From Squalus acanthias (lineage: Eukaryota), in the NCBI GenBank assembly GCA_030390025.1, contig CM059438.1, positions 68,946,001 to 69,010,000 on the forward strand: a DNA stretch of 64,000 nucleotides, written 5' to 3'. Shown here one piece after another: positions 13,655-26,031 of the stretch (position 1 is its first letter; every line of letters starts with the position of its first letter). The translations under genes and the position numbers were made by a program. The notes under the pieces were generated by a model, which was given only the letters and a program-made list of their open reading frames with translations, was not told the origin of the DNA and did not search any database.

Positions 13655-13850
13655 AAGAAAGACTTGCATTTATATAGCGTCTTTCTCGATCTCAGGATGT
13701 CCCAAAGTGCTTTACAGCCAATGATGTACTTTTGAAGAGTAGTCACTGTTGTAATGTAGGAAACACGGTAGCCAATTGCACACAGCAAGCTCCCACAAAC
13801 AGCAATGTGATAATGACCAGATAATCTGTTTTAGAGCTGTTGGTCCTGTT
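13655..13850 (-). mobile_element. Deu-domain SINE 3' fragment inserted in CR1
   Basis: GAAAGACTTGCATTTATATAGCG tail and ACAGATTATCTGGTCATTATC core, flanked by duplicated TCAGGA (minus strand). Confidence 0.85.
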
Positions 13851-14152
13851 TAGTCCTGAGGAGCAGTGCCCAGGACTGAATGCAGTGCTCCAAATGGGGT
13901 CTCACCAGATCTATGTATAGTTGTAACATAACTTCCACCCCTTTGTATTCCAGTTCTCTTGAGATTAAGGCTAACATTCCATTAGCCTTTTTAATTATTT
14001 TTTGCACCTGTCCACCAGCTTTTACTAATTTCTATACTTGGACCCTAAATCTCTCTGCTCCTCCACAGCTCCGAGTTTCTCACCATTTAGAAAATACTCT
14101 GATCGATCTTTCTTAGGTCCATGACCTCAAACTTTCCCACAGTAAACTCCAT

Positions 14153-14520
14153 GGGGGAAAAATTCAGTTGGTTGCGCCTCCCGTTAGCGCCTTAAGAGGG
14201 CGCTAATGGGGCGCAAAGCAGCTAGCGCCCGGGCACAGCGATGTTTGCGCCGCTCGCGAAATTAACTAGACATTTTGTGGTGGCGCTAAACACTACCGCC
14301 ACGATCTCCTGTGCCGGCAGATCGTGACGTCAATCGAGTGCACAACGCCCCGGTATCGCCCCGGAGCGGATATTGAGTGGCGCCCCCTGCCTTACCGCCT
14401 GCCGCTAGCAACGACAGGTTGAGGGGAGCGTTTTGCAGTCAGGAAGGGACTGGGGGAGCGCTATTTAAAGGTGACTGCTTCCTGCCTTTTATTGTTGGTG
14501 ACACTTTTGAACCACGCATT

Positions 14521-14555
<35 letters not shown>

Positions 14556-15056
14556 CTGGAGAGATTCAATGCTGTGTGAAGGAGTTTTGGGTACTGAGCA
14601 GCACTTTGCAGGTTCATTTTGATTTGCCCTTCCTTGTATCGATTTAGAAGAGACTGTGGGGGCTGCACTCTGAGCTCTTTCCCTGGTACTCTCCATTGTT
14701 CTTTCCAGCAGATTTGATGTACAGGTCTCTCCAGGCCGATATTCAAGGCTGCAATGAACAGGATGTGGATGGAAAGCAAGATCAACCCTCCCCTTTAAGA
14801 ACTGGCCCGCGCCATTGTGTGTGTGTTCCATTGCTGACTGACATCACATGAGCTTCGCCAGCGCTCTGAGGTAGCGCCTCGCTCCTCGGCCTTTGCGCCT
14901 TAAGACAGGTGTGAAGCGCCTGATTTAGCGCTCCAATCACCTCCAGAGGCGATAAAAGTCAAGTTTGCAGTCGGAGGCGATAATTAGCGCCAGGCGCTAA
15001 TCTTTGCGCCCGGCCAATAATTGCGCCCCAAATGGGGTGATACTGAATTTCTCCCC
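14153..15056. mobile_element. Harbinger-type MITE
   Basis: TIR GGGGGAAAATTCAGT/ACTGAATTTCTCCCC, TSD CAT. Removing it restores the CR1 sequence TGACAGATGGAGTTT. Its end is shared with 44465-45237. Confidence 0.9.
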
Positions 15057-16918
15057 CATCTGTCAGAGTTTTGCCCACTCACTTACTCTATCAATGTCTC
15101 TTTGCAACTTTTTGCTCCCATCTACACTACTTACCATGCCACCTAACTTAGTTTTGTCAGCAAACTTAGATATAAGGCACTTTATTCCTTCACCTCGCTC
15201 ATTGGTAAATATAGTGAAAAGCTGTGGCCCCAGTACAGATCCCTGGGGGACACCACTAGTCACATCCTGTCAATTTGAGTGCGCCCCCATTATCGCTACT
15301 CTCTGTCTCCTACCTCTTAATCAATTCCCTAACCAAGCCAATAGGTTGCCTCCAATTCCATACGCTCTCATGTTTGTTGTTAGTCTCTTATGTCGAACCT
15401 TGTTGAATGCTGTCTGGCAGTCCGCATAAATAACATCCATAGACATTCCCTTATTACCTCCCTAGTTACTTCTTCAAAAAATTTAACTAGATTTGTTAGA
15501 CATGACTTACCCTTTATAAATCTATGCTGGCTCTCTGATCAGTTTATATTTGTCCAAATGTTCTGTCACTCTGTCCCTAATAACAGATTCTAGTACTTCC
15601 CCACAACTGACATTAGAGTAATAAGCCTATAATTTCCTAGTTTATCTCTCTTATGCTTCTTAAATAGTGGAGTGGCATTGGCAATTTTACAATCCAAGGA
15701 GACAATTCCTGAATCGAGAAAGTTTTGGAAGATCATGACCAATGCATCAACAATTTCCTCACCGACATCTTTTAATATCCTGGGGTGAAAACCATCAGGT
15801 CCTGGAGATTTGTCTATCTATAAACTCATTCGTTTTTCCATCACCATTTGCAGCTGTTACCATTTTTTTGTATCCCTTTGCTATTCCTTATATCTCTCCC
15901 AGTCCGCAGGATCTCTATTGTTCTTTGCCTTCGTATAAGTCCTTACTTTTAATATTATACTATCTCTCACCTCCCTTATTGACCAAGGTTGTTTAATTAC
16001 ACAAGTGGAGCTCTTGCCCTTTTGGAGTATGTACAGGTCTTTATTTCTACGAAATACTTTTTTCAACACCTTCCACTGTTCATCCGTAGTTTTAACCATT
16101 AATAGGTCAGCCCAGTCTGTTGTGGTCAATTTTGCCTAAACACTTTATGATTATTTTTTGGTATTATTTTTAGGTTTTAGAATGTGATTGTGGGCCTCTG
16201 GAATTTCAGTGCATGTACTTTCAAAAACAATTCATTTGATTTCACATAACTTTATTATAACTTTAGTGCTGCCCTGATCTCTGGACCTTGGTCTTTCCCT
16301 TAATTTTCTCAATTTAAAACATATATATATATTTCTGTAATCTCTAAAAATGAGTATGCTGCTCCTGTAATATAAGGAACACAAAAAGATGCAGAGATTA
16401 AAGGCAGAACCTTAAAGGAAGTTGATTTGATGTGAATGAGTTGGTGAACTAGCTTGAATCTGGTTTTCTCTTTTCAAGTGTCCTGCCATGCTCTTGTGAT
16501 AAGCCCCAAATCAAACACAATGGAGTCATTTTAATTTGGGGTGTTTATTTAAAACGGGCGATATTGGATCAACCGCTCATTGTACATCTCTCCAATGATT
16601 TTAATTTCCATTGACTTCAATGGAAACAAAAATCGGGAGAGCTGGATAATGGGTGGCCAATCCAATAATGCCCATTTTACGCTATCGCCAAAAGTTAAAA
16701 TTGGGCACCATATTTTTATTTTTAAGTTTGAAACGACTTTTAGAAGTTTCGAATTCTAAATCTACATCATAACTTTTTTTGCTCGACTTATTTTAAATGA
16801 ATTAGGTGCAGGCATGAGTTAAAATCAATAATGTGACGAGCGAGGCCTGATGTTCAATCTATGACCCATCAGTGGTGCAATCCATTGAGATTAAATTTCA
16901 GCATGAAATGGAAGCATG

Positions 16919-16982
16919 AAAATTATAATATCCTCACAGGGATCACAATTTATTGTGATCCCTATGAGGATATTATAATTTT
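16919..16982. repeat. Near-perfect 64-bp palindrome
   Basis: 31-bp arms AAAATTATAATATCCTCACAGGGATCACAAT / ATTGTGATCCCTATGAGGATATTATAATTTT, 2-nt spacer, one mismatch. Confidence 0.95.
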
Positions 16983-18862
16983 AAGAGATCTGAGATCTGT
17001 CAAAATTGAAGAAGTTCGTCATTGGGATCTAAATAATTTGTTTGACTGACATTTTCCTCTAAGGGAGCTATCCTAACTTCCTTCACTTAGCTGCAGATTT
17101 GACCAATGTTTTCATCAACATAAGTTATGCGGAGATCGCCACCAATAAAAATAAATAACTTCTTAAACTGGTGTTCCCACTCAATCGAGTATAAGTCTAT
17201 TGCACAAGCGTCCTCAATGTAATCACAATTTGAAGAAAATAAATTTCCCTGCATTTCCTTTTTGTAAAGAGTTGTAATGCTGAATATATAGCTTTCATTG
17301 ATTGTTTGAAATTGTGGGTCAGTCACCTGCATGGGTACAATTGAGGTCATAGGTTTCCGTGCAACAGTAGCCTGTAAACTTGGTCATGCTCACGTCAATA
17401 GCAGCTGTACTGCAAATAAATAGAATCAACTTTCTATCACTCTATCTCAGTCATGGAACAAGTTAGGATGTCATTTCAAACCATTTTGAAATGATGAAAC
17501 ATGCAGTTTTAATTAAGGAAGCCAAACACAAGTTGAATCATTTATGTTTAAGGTCATCCTCTTGGGTAGAAACAGAGTTTGTGCGCAAAAGAAATTACAG
17601 AATAGAATTCCTTAAATTAAGCTTTTGATCTGAACCTTCGTTTGACACGATTTGCTTTGTGAGGGACCTTTATTTAACTTTTATTTTCTGGCTTTACATT
17701 TTCTACAGACTTGCTGTCAGATCTGTTTTGATATCACCTCATAACATATAAATGGTAAATGCAGTGACATTTTAAATTGTTTCCCAAGGTAAATCACGTT
17801 GTCAAATGTCAATTATACTGATGTCTCCTCACTGTTTTTACATTACAATGAACTTTGATTACATATTACATTGTTGAAAAGCAAGATGTCTGTCAGACCA
17901 AGTCTGAAAAGTTGAATTTTTCCCAGGTGTGGAAGTACCTTTTGAACCTTGATGAAGTTAAATTCAAAGTCACATATACGTAAGTTAAGTTACTCCAATG
18001 ATGAAATGAGATTGAGAAAAGCAGTGAAATTGTTTTTTTATCGAATGATGTACAGCCTTGGCAAAAAAATTACGCTGTTGTACAAAAACCTGTGGAGATG
18101 AAATTGTAGCATAATTTCTTGGTCTGATGCAGTGGTAATTGATGCACTTCAGATCCATTTCATGGTTGGACAATTTGGTTTCAGTATTGCAAGAACTTAG
18201 TCAGTGATTGATCTGCCAAAAGGTCATTTAATGTTGGACACAGTTGTTTGAGGTCAATTATAGTCAAACAATGGAAGTTGAGCTGAGAACTGAGAAGGTC
18301 ATTACCACACTAAAAATAAGTAGCAGGCGCTAACTTGTGAAGTGTATCCAATTGTTTCTTCTTAAAGATCAGCTGTCTCTTTGACAAAGAGCATCAGTTC
18401 CATCATCTATACAATATGTGCTCTGGTATGATTGGTACAAGAGATAAATGCCAATTGGTACTCTTTGGATTAATTGGGCCTCTTTGATTGATTCCTAAAT
18501 CCTGAATTTTAGTTCAGAAGTGCTTATCTCATAAAATGGTTCACTGTGCATATGGTTTGATGAGCCAATCAGTACATGCCCTGAGGGAGTAGCCCATCTG
18601 TATGTGCAAGATCGGTATCCATCTGAGACATATGAGACTTTGTGTCCTCAATGGTAGCTACACTCAGGTAGATCCTGGAAGAGGAGTGTGAATGCTCAGG
18701 AGTAAGGGAGGGTGATCAGGAGAGGGGGGTGAGCAAACAGGGAGGGAGGAGGACAACTGGGAGTGGTGGGTAAATGATTGGGAGAGTGGGAGCCAGTTGG
18801 TGGGGTGGGGGGAAGAGAGAGTGAGAGAGAGAGGGAGGGAGGGAGCAGCACGAGGATGAGGA

Positions 18863-19290
18863 CCACCACCTCCACCACACCACCTCCTCCTCCACCACAC
18901 CACCTCCACCACCACACCACCTCCATCTCCACCACACCACCTCCACCATCTCCACCACCTCCTCCTCCACCACACCACCTCCACCACCACACCACCTCCA
19001 CCATCTCCACCACACCACCTCCACCACACCACCTCCACCATCTCCACCACACCACCTCCACCACACCACCTCCACCTCCACCACCTCACCTCCACCACCT
19101 CCTCCTCCACCACCACCATCTCCACCACACCACCTCCACCTCCACCATCTCCACCACACCACCTCCTCCTCCACCACACCACCTCCACCTCCACCATCTC
19201 CACCACACCACCTCCACCACACCACCTCCACCTCCACCTCCACCACCTCCACCTCCACCTCACCACCTCCTCCTCCACGACCTCCTCCTC
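18863..19290. repeat. C-rich minisatellite (CCACCT / CCACACCA / CCATCT units)
   Basis: Directly visible tandem repeat. It produces the spurious poly-Pro/His and poly-Gly/Trp ORFs. Confidence 0.95.
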
Positions 19291-19965
19291 ATTGTTTCAA
19301 TGTGGAGCCAGGAGCAGCACTCCTACATCTCCCGGTTCCACATTTGGAAAGTATTGCTTTTTTAACTTTTCAGTGCTGGTCTGAGGCGGTCCCTTTTAAG
19401 GGCTGCTGGTTAGACCATATGTAGACCTTTTCCTGAACGCAGCTGTACCAGCATTGGCAAGGCTCAGGGCTGCCAAATTTTGCAAAGGAGGCCTCAAACA
19501 GGCTTTGCATATGCAAAGGAGCTAACAGCTGTTTCAGGCGCAGGCTCTGGATGCCTCCTTTGATGCCTATCCCAATATGGCTCAGAATGTGTGCATGCCA
19601 CCCACCATATTGGATGCTTAGCTGTCCATTTTGCACCTGTAAAATGGGTGCAGTGTTGTTAAATTTTGAGGCCTGTAAGTCAGTGAAGTTTTCCAGTGGG
19701 GAAGGGGGAGTAGTTTTGTATGCCACTGTTCCTGATGAGCTAGGGAAGGCTTTTTATATCCACCTTGGAGCCCTTTTTTACTTGTAGGCATTTGGACAGG
19801 AAAGACTTGAATTTCTTGCTCTTCAAATCGGACAGTTAACATGATTCAATTATTTAGCCCAGCAGTCATTCAATTATCTAGTTCTCAGTGTACTGTGTAG
19901 AAGCTGTACTCAAACCTTACAGTAACGTGAGACTGGTAGGGTATTGGTTCGGAGGTGGGAGACAG

Positions 19966-20821
19966 AGGGCTGGATTTTACTCACCGAGACGCGTTGGGGG
20001 CGGGACTGCTGCCTTTCGGGTTCTAGTCCCGCCCCAGCAACATCCGATGCACAGACGCTATTTTCCCCTGATTGACCTTGTTAAGCCCGCCCTGTGGGCT
20101 TGCTGGCCAATTAAGAGAAAGCCGGTGTCAGATGATGTCAGTTGATGGCGCTTCATCTGCCGGTTTTCTTAAAGGCACATGAACCATACATTTCTGACAG
20201 ATGATTTGACAGTATTTGACAGCATTGAGGTGCTGTCAAACACTGACAATCACTGTATACAGGTGAGCCCTTGCACCCAGGCTTCCCAGAGACTCTCTCC
20301 TTAGGATGAAACAGATGGCATCTGCAGGTGAGGGTACAGAAGCCATCTGTCACTTCTCCCATTGAGGTGAGGCCACACAAACACTTCAAAGCTTGTCACC
20401 TACAGAAAAATCTAAACACATTAAAAATGACTTTCCCAACATTTCCTTACCTCTGATACTCACCAGTGTCCCATTGCATCCTTCACACCACTCCTGCAGC
20501 TGTCATCCAAACACCAACATAACAACAGACCCACAGCACACCTCACTTACCCTGGCGGGGTTCCCCGACGTCGGGAAGCCCGCAGCAGAAGTCTAAAAAT
20601 TGGAAAAAGCCTCTTAACTGTCTGTTAACAGGCAGTTAAGTGGCTATAATCCTCTTCCCGCCGCTAGGAGTTGGGACCCTGCGCAAATTGGGGACCCAAC
20701 TCACGGGAGATTGGTTGGAGGCGGGTTGGGAGCGGGTTCGGGACCCGCTCCCATTCCTTTTGACTTTCCCAGCAGTCCCACCTCCAAACCCGTCTCCTCA
20801 GGGCTGGTAAAATCCAGCCCT
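19966..20821. mobile_element. Harbinger-type MITE inserted in CR1
   Basis: Perfect 15-bp TIR AGGGCTGGATTTTAC/GTAAAATCCAGCCCT, TSD CAG. Confidence 0.92.
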
Positions 20822-21260
20822 CAGAGAGTACGGACAATGGGTATGTACTCCAATTGGCAGAATGTGACAAGTGGTGTACTGGGGCCTCAGTTTTTCATGA
20901 TATTTATCAATGACTTAGATGAAGGAATAGCGAGCCATATATCTAAGTTTTCTGACAACACTAAGTTAGGTGGCACGGTAAGTAGTGTAGATAGCAGCAG
21001 AAAGTTGCAAAGGGACATTGACAGATTAAGTGAGTGGGCAACACTGTGACAGACAGAGCTCAGTATGGGAAAGTATAAGGGCCTAAGAAAGATAGATCAG
21101 AGTATGTTCTAAATGGTGAGAAGCTAGGAACTGTGGATGAGCAGAGAGATTTAGTGGGTCCAGGTACAGAAATCAATTAAAACTAGTGGACAGGTGCAAA
21201 ATGTATATTCTCTGTCCCCGTGCTATACTCCACTCTATCCCGGGCATCTCCCTTTACTCT

Positions 21261-22009
21261 AGGGCTGGATTTTGTCTTGGGGTCGGGTTGGGGTCGTGTT
21301 ACCCGCATTTCGTGTTGCCCCCCCCCCCCCCGACTCCAGATTAAGGTGGATGATTGATGCAATTTTCACTTAATTGGTCAATTGAGTTCCAGCATGTGGG
21401 AACCCATGAACCAATTATTGTTTTCAGTCTGAAAGTCGCCTCTGATGATCTCATTATTGCAGGTCAGAGACTGACTGCCTGGTCCCAGAGATTGCCTGGC
21501 CTTTGCTGTGAGAGGACCTGGATGCAAAATGAGAGAGAGAGAGAGAGAGAGAATTTTTTTTGCAACCAAGTCCTCCCAGGCAGTCTCTGAAGACATTCAA
21601 TGCAGCAGCATCAGAGGCGACTTTCAGACCTAATACTACTACCTTCATCACAATACTACTACCTTCACCACATCTCCGTTGTAATAGTGGACCTGCAGCT
21701 GATAGTCAGCTATCCACTTGTGCTCCCGCCAGGTTTCACTGGCGTGTTTCACATCAGGCGTACTTCACGTCGGAAAAGGGTTAAACTAGCTAAAACGCTT
21801 CAAAATGGCATTACAGAGCCAATTTAGGGCTTGTTAAGGGCTTTAATGGCCTCTCCCGCCTCTTGGAGGCGGGACGGAGTCGGGAAACCCGCGACCGATT
21901 TTGTCAAAATTGCGTGGAGGCGGAATGGGGTCGGGACCCCCGAATATGCAACTTTAACCCCCCACATGCCTCCAAACCCGACTCCACGGGTCATTGAAAA
22001 TCCAGCCCA
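21261..22009. mobile_element. Harbinger-type MITE
   Basis: TIR GGGCTGGATTTT/AAAATCCAGCCC, same TIR family as 19966-20821. Confidence 0.8.
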
Positions 22010-22889
22010 TGTCCCCATTCTATAGTCCCTTCTATTGTGGTTATCTCCTTTTATTCATCCCGTTTCTCTCTGTTGAGTCCAGTTGTTCCCCTTTCCATTT
22101 ATCAGCTCTCTGCCCCTTTACTCTGACTGATGATCCCGGTCTCCCTGCAGTTCCTGAAAGCTAGCCTTTATCTTAGGACTAAACAGGACCCAATGTCACT
22201 AAAACGGATTATCGGGTCATTATCTCATTGCTGTTTGTGGGAGCTTGCTGTGCACAAACTGACTGTCACGTTTCCCACATTACAACACTTCAAAAGTACA
22301 TAATTGGCTGTAAAGCACTTTGAGACGTCCTGAGGTCGTGAAAGGCGCTACATAAATGCAAGTCTTTCTTTCAGGAAGGATATATTGGCCTAGGAGGGGG
22401 TGCAACACAGATTCACCAGAATGATGCCAGGGCTAAAAGGGTGAAATTGTGAGGACAGGTTGCATAGACTAGGCTTGCATTCCATTGAGTGTGGAAGATT
22501 AAGGGATGATCTGATTGAGGTGTTTACGATGATAAAAAAGATTTGATTGGGTAGATAGAGATAAACAATTGCCCCTGGTGGGAGATTCCAGAGGAAACAA
22601 GGAGGCATAATCTTAAAATTAGAGCTGGGCTGGTCAGGGGTGATGTCAGGAAGCACTTCTTCACACAAAGGTTAGTGGAAATCTGGAAATATCTCTCCCA
22701 AAATGCTGTTGAAGCTAGGTCAATTGAAAGTTTCAAAACTGAGATTGACAGATTTTTGTTAGGCAAGTGTATTAGTGGTTACAAACCCAAGGAGGGTAAA
22801 TGGAGTTAAGATACAGATCAACCATGATCTAATTGAATGGCAGAACAGGCTCGAGGGATTGAATGACCTATTGCAGTTCCCATGCAACC

Positions 22890-23580
22890 TGTGAGGTTGC
22901 AAACAGTCTAGTTCAGCTTGAGACGGTAGCCGGGAGGGGGGATGGAGTCATTGGCAAGGCTATAGAGCTTGTGACAGGCGATGAAGATAATGGCTTTGGT
23001 CTTACTAATGATTAGCTGGAGGAAATAGCAGTTCATCCAAGACTGCATGTCCAGCAAGCAGTCTGACGACACAAAGGCAGTGGAAGAGTCAAGAGAGGTG
23101 GTGTTGAAACAGAGGTGGTGGAGAAATAGAGCTGGGTGTCATCAGTGTAGAACTGGAAGCTGGTCCCATGTCTAGGGTTGACATCGCCAAGGAGCAGCAT
23201 GTAGATAAGGAAGAGGAGGAACCCAAGGATAGATTCTTAAGGGATTCTGAAGGTAAGATTTTGAGGGCAGGAAGAGAAGCAATTGCTAGAGATGCTCTGT
23301 CAACGATCAGATTGACAAGAGTGGACCGAAGCGAGGGCAGTCCCACTGAGTTGGACAACAGAGGAGAGATGTTGGAGGAGGATGGTGTGGTTGACCATCT
23401 CCAAGGCTGCAGGCAAGTCAACGAGGAATAATGCATCACAGTCATAGTCACTGAGAAAGTTTTTAGTGGCTTAGGTTAGGGCTGTTTTGGTGCTGTGGTA
23501 GGAGGAGGAATGTGATTGAAGAGATTCCAACAGCAAGTTATGGAAGAGAGGGGCAAAGATTTGAAAAGTGACATTTAAGG
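22890..23580 (-). mobile_element. L2-type LINE fragment
   Basis: Minus-strand decayed RT: LLDLxAAxxxVDH-type segment, GVPQG-like region and YTDDTQLY-like GTGTCATCAGTGTAG. Confidence 0.75.
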
Positions 23581-23777
23581 ATATGGAAATAAGGTGGATA
23601 AATGGAATTGTGATCCTGATCGGCCATGATGTTGAATGGAAAAAGAGGCTCGAGGGGCTGAATGTCCTACTCCTGTTCCTATATTCCTATAGCTGTATTG
23701 TCAACTTTTGACCCAGTGTATATGGGAACTGGCACACAGACATGTTTTAACTCCATAATAGATGTGGATGAATTATT

Positions 23778-24543
23778 GGCCCAGAAATTTGGATCCCTGG
23801 CTTCCCACGGGTGCAAGGATCCCGCGCGCACCTACCTACCACGCCTGCTGTTGACCTCTGGGCCCACGGGGCCTTCAGCTCCTGGGCCTCCTGCAGCTGC
23901 TGGCGCACAGTGCTTGTGTATCCCAGGGACGTAGTTAGTGCGATGCGTCCCCTGGGATCACGTGGGCCATGGAGAGCCAATGGCAGCAGACCATCTTTCA
24001 TTCATAGATTTGACAGGAAGACCTGTCAAATCTATGAATTGAAATCGGCCCCAAAACAACACCTAAACTTCAAATAAATTTTTTAAAAAACCATCACATT
24101 TTTAAAATAACTATAAGTTAAATAAATTAACTACTTTAAACAAAAATTTAAATTTAAAAAAAAATTAAAATACTTTTTAACAGTGCTAAAAATAAACTTA
24201 CCTTTCTTTAAAGTATCTAAAAAAGATAAACCTGTTGAAATTTTTTTAAATTGTAATTAATTAACCACTTACCTTGTTAAAAACGGGTCTTGCGCCTCCT
24301 TTTTAAAAGCGCAGCTTCTTCCATACTTACCTTCCCGTAGAAACCTGAAAAAAAAACCTAAGTTTGCTGCGTGCGCGCAGCCTCTCCCGCGCACGCGGTT
24401 CACCTCTGAACCGCTCCCTTCACGAGACCGGAAGTTCCGGTTTCCCACGCATGCGCAGTGCATGCAGGAAACCGGCACTTCAGGATGCCTTACGGGTGAG
24501 TAAACAGCGCATACTCACCCGGCAAGTGCCGAATTTTTGGCCC
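23778..24543. mobile_element. GGCCC-family Harbinger MITE (copy A)
   Basis: TIR GGCCCAGAAATT/AATTTTTGGCCC, TSD ATT, AT-rich core, internal hairpins. Confidence 0.93.
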
Positions 24544-24574
24544 ATTATCATTTAGTTGGAATGTAATTGTCACC

Positions 24575-24980
24575 TTGGCTCCTGTTGCTTCCGAGTCCGA
24601 AAGTTGCAGATACAAATCAGGACCAGCAATCAAGGCTGACATGAGTGCAGTACTGAGGGAATGCTGCATTGTCAGAGATGCCATCTTTCAGATGAGATGT
24701 CAACTCAAGGCTCCATCTGCCTGACCAGCTGGATGTAGAAGATTCCACGGCACTATTTGAATAAGTGCAGGGTGTCCTCTTTGACTTCTGGCCAACGTTC
24801 TTTCAACTAACAGCACTAAAAACAGATTCTCTGATCATTTATTTATTTGCTGCGTGCAAATTCACTACCAACATGCCTACATAAGAACAGTGGCTGCACC
24901 GCTAAAGTAATTTATTGTCCTTTCAGTGTTTTGTGATGTCCCGGGGACATGACACGGTGCTACATAAATGCAAGTTTGTG
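24575..24980 (+). mobile_element. Deu-domain tRNA-derived SINE (mirror copy at ~40670-41075)
   Basis: GTGCAGTACTGAGGGAATGCTGCATTGTCAGAGATGCCATCTTTCAGATGAG core, CTACATAAATGCAAG tail. Confidence 0.85.
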
Positions 24981-25344
24981 CATTCTAATATAGCTACATA
25001 TCCTTTGCAAGGCTTGACTGATGCAAAGTGAATGAACTCTTGTAGCATTTTCACTTGTATCTAGATAAATTACATTTATGCACTTGTGTAGTACTGAACT
25101 GACACTCGTTTGTTTTTAACTTTGCAACAGGGGCCAGAAGATTCTCAATCAATATTTAAACCATCTGGAGGAAAACCACCAGATACAGAACAGTATCGAA
25201 ATCTGGTCTCCAGATAGGACCAGCCACAGTGAATTAAGATTGAAGTAAATAGTTGCTGATTGGTTTGTGCCAGAAGCATTGTAAACCGACAGGACAGAGC
25301 TCCGAATGGTACAGTTTGCTGAATGCAGCAGATATTTCAGGCAT

Positions 25345-25540
25345 AAAAACAGAAAATGCTGGAAATACTCAGCAGGTCAGGCAGCATCTGCGGAGAGAGA
25401 AACAGAGTCAACGTTTCAGGTCGAGGACCTTTCGTAAACTCTGTTTCTCTCTCCACAGATGCTGCCTGACCTGCTGAGAATTTCCAGTATTTCCTGTTTT
25501 TATTTCCAATTTCCAGCATCCGCAGTGCTTTGCTTTTGGC
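25345..25540. mobile_element. Penelope-type palindromic element (mirror copy ~40110-40305)
   Basis: About 60-bp inverted arms AAAACAGAAAATGCTGGAAATACTCAGCAGGTCAGGCAGCATCTG.. around a loop with AGGTC-N3-GACCT GAAACGT (minus strand). Confidence 0.7.
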
Positions 25541-26031
25541 TTAGATGTTTCGGGTATCTGTGCTGTTAGAATAAGAACATAACTGCTTGGAGCGAGAGCT
25601 ATGGTTAATAACAAACAACTGATACTGGCATAATCTGGTAAACAGAGCAGCTAAAATCTGCTATTGTTACATTTCAGCTGGGAATTAACGGCAATGCAGA
25701 AAATTGTATTTTTTTTTGCAATATAGTAATTGAAAGAATTTAATAAAGAGGAACTCGGATCTGTGACATTTCTTTCCCAGTATTGGCTCCAATGTGTAGC
25801 GAAGTGAATTGCTCACCTTAAGTAGAATACCGACATTGAACACAAAGCCATCACTGGCATTGGCTGAGCAATGTGGTCATAAACATCAGAGGGGCTGGGG
25901 AACTCGGGAGTGAGTCAGCGCCTATGTGTGCTTCAAAGACAACCTTTAGCTTCTCCACATCCATTCAAGGAAACGGGCAAAATGGTTAGAAAATGGATTT
26001 CAACTGGAGTGAGGAGAATGCCTCCAATATT

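Larger units (their letters stand above)
13060..16130 (-). mobile_element. Decayed CR1 LINE carrying nested SINE tail and MITE
   Basis: Minus ORF 15063-15263 GVPQGSVLGPQLFTIF..FADKTKLGG (RT). CR1 3' UTR at ~13060-13300. Interrupted at 13655-13850 and 14153-15056. Confidence 0.9.
19930..22885 (+). mobile_element. Decayed CR1 LINE with nested MITEs and SINE tail
   Basis: VTSGVLGPQFFMIFINDLDEG..FSDNTKLGG at 20860-21040. CR1 3' end at 22375-22885. Confidence 0.85.

Noticed and set aside
17087..17410. Possible host exon (vaguely cadherin-like peptide)
   Set aside because: There are stops between the acceptor-like site and the ORF, and no convincing motif.
18664..19365. Long Pro/His/Gly/Trp-rich ORFs
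   Set aside because: Translation artefacts of the C-rich minisatellite.
25130..25245. Possible exon after a TTGCAACAG acceptor
   Set aside because: Unrecognised peptide, weak donor and no partner exons.
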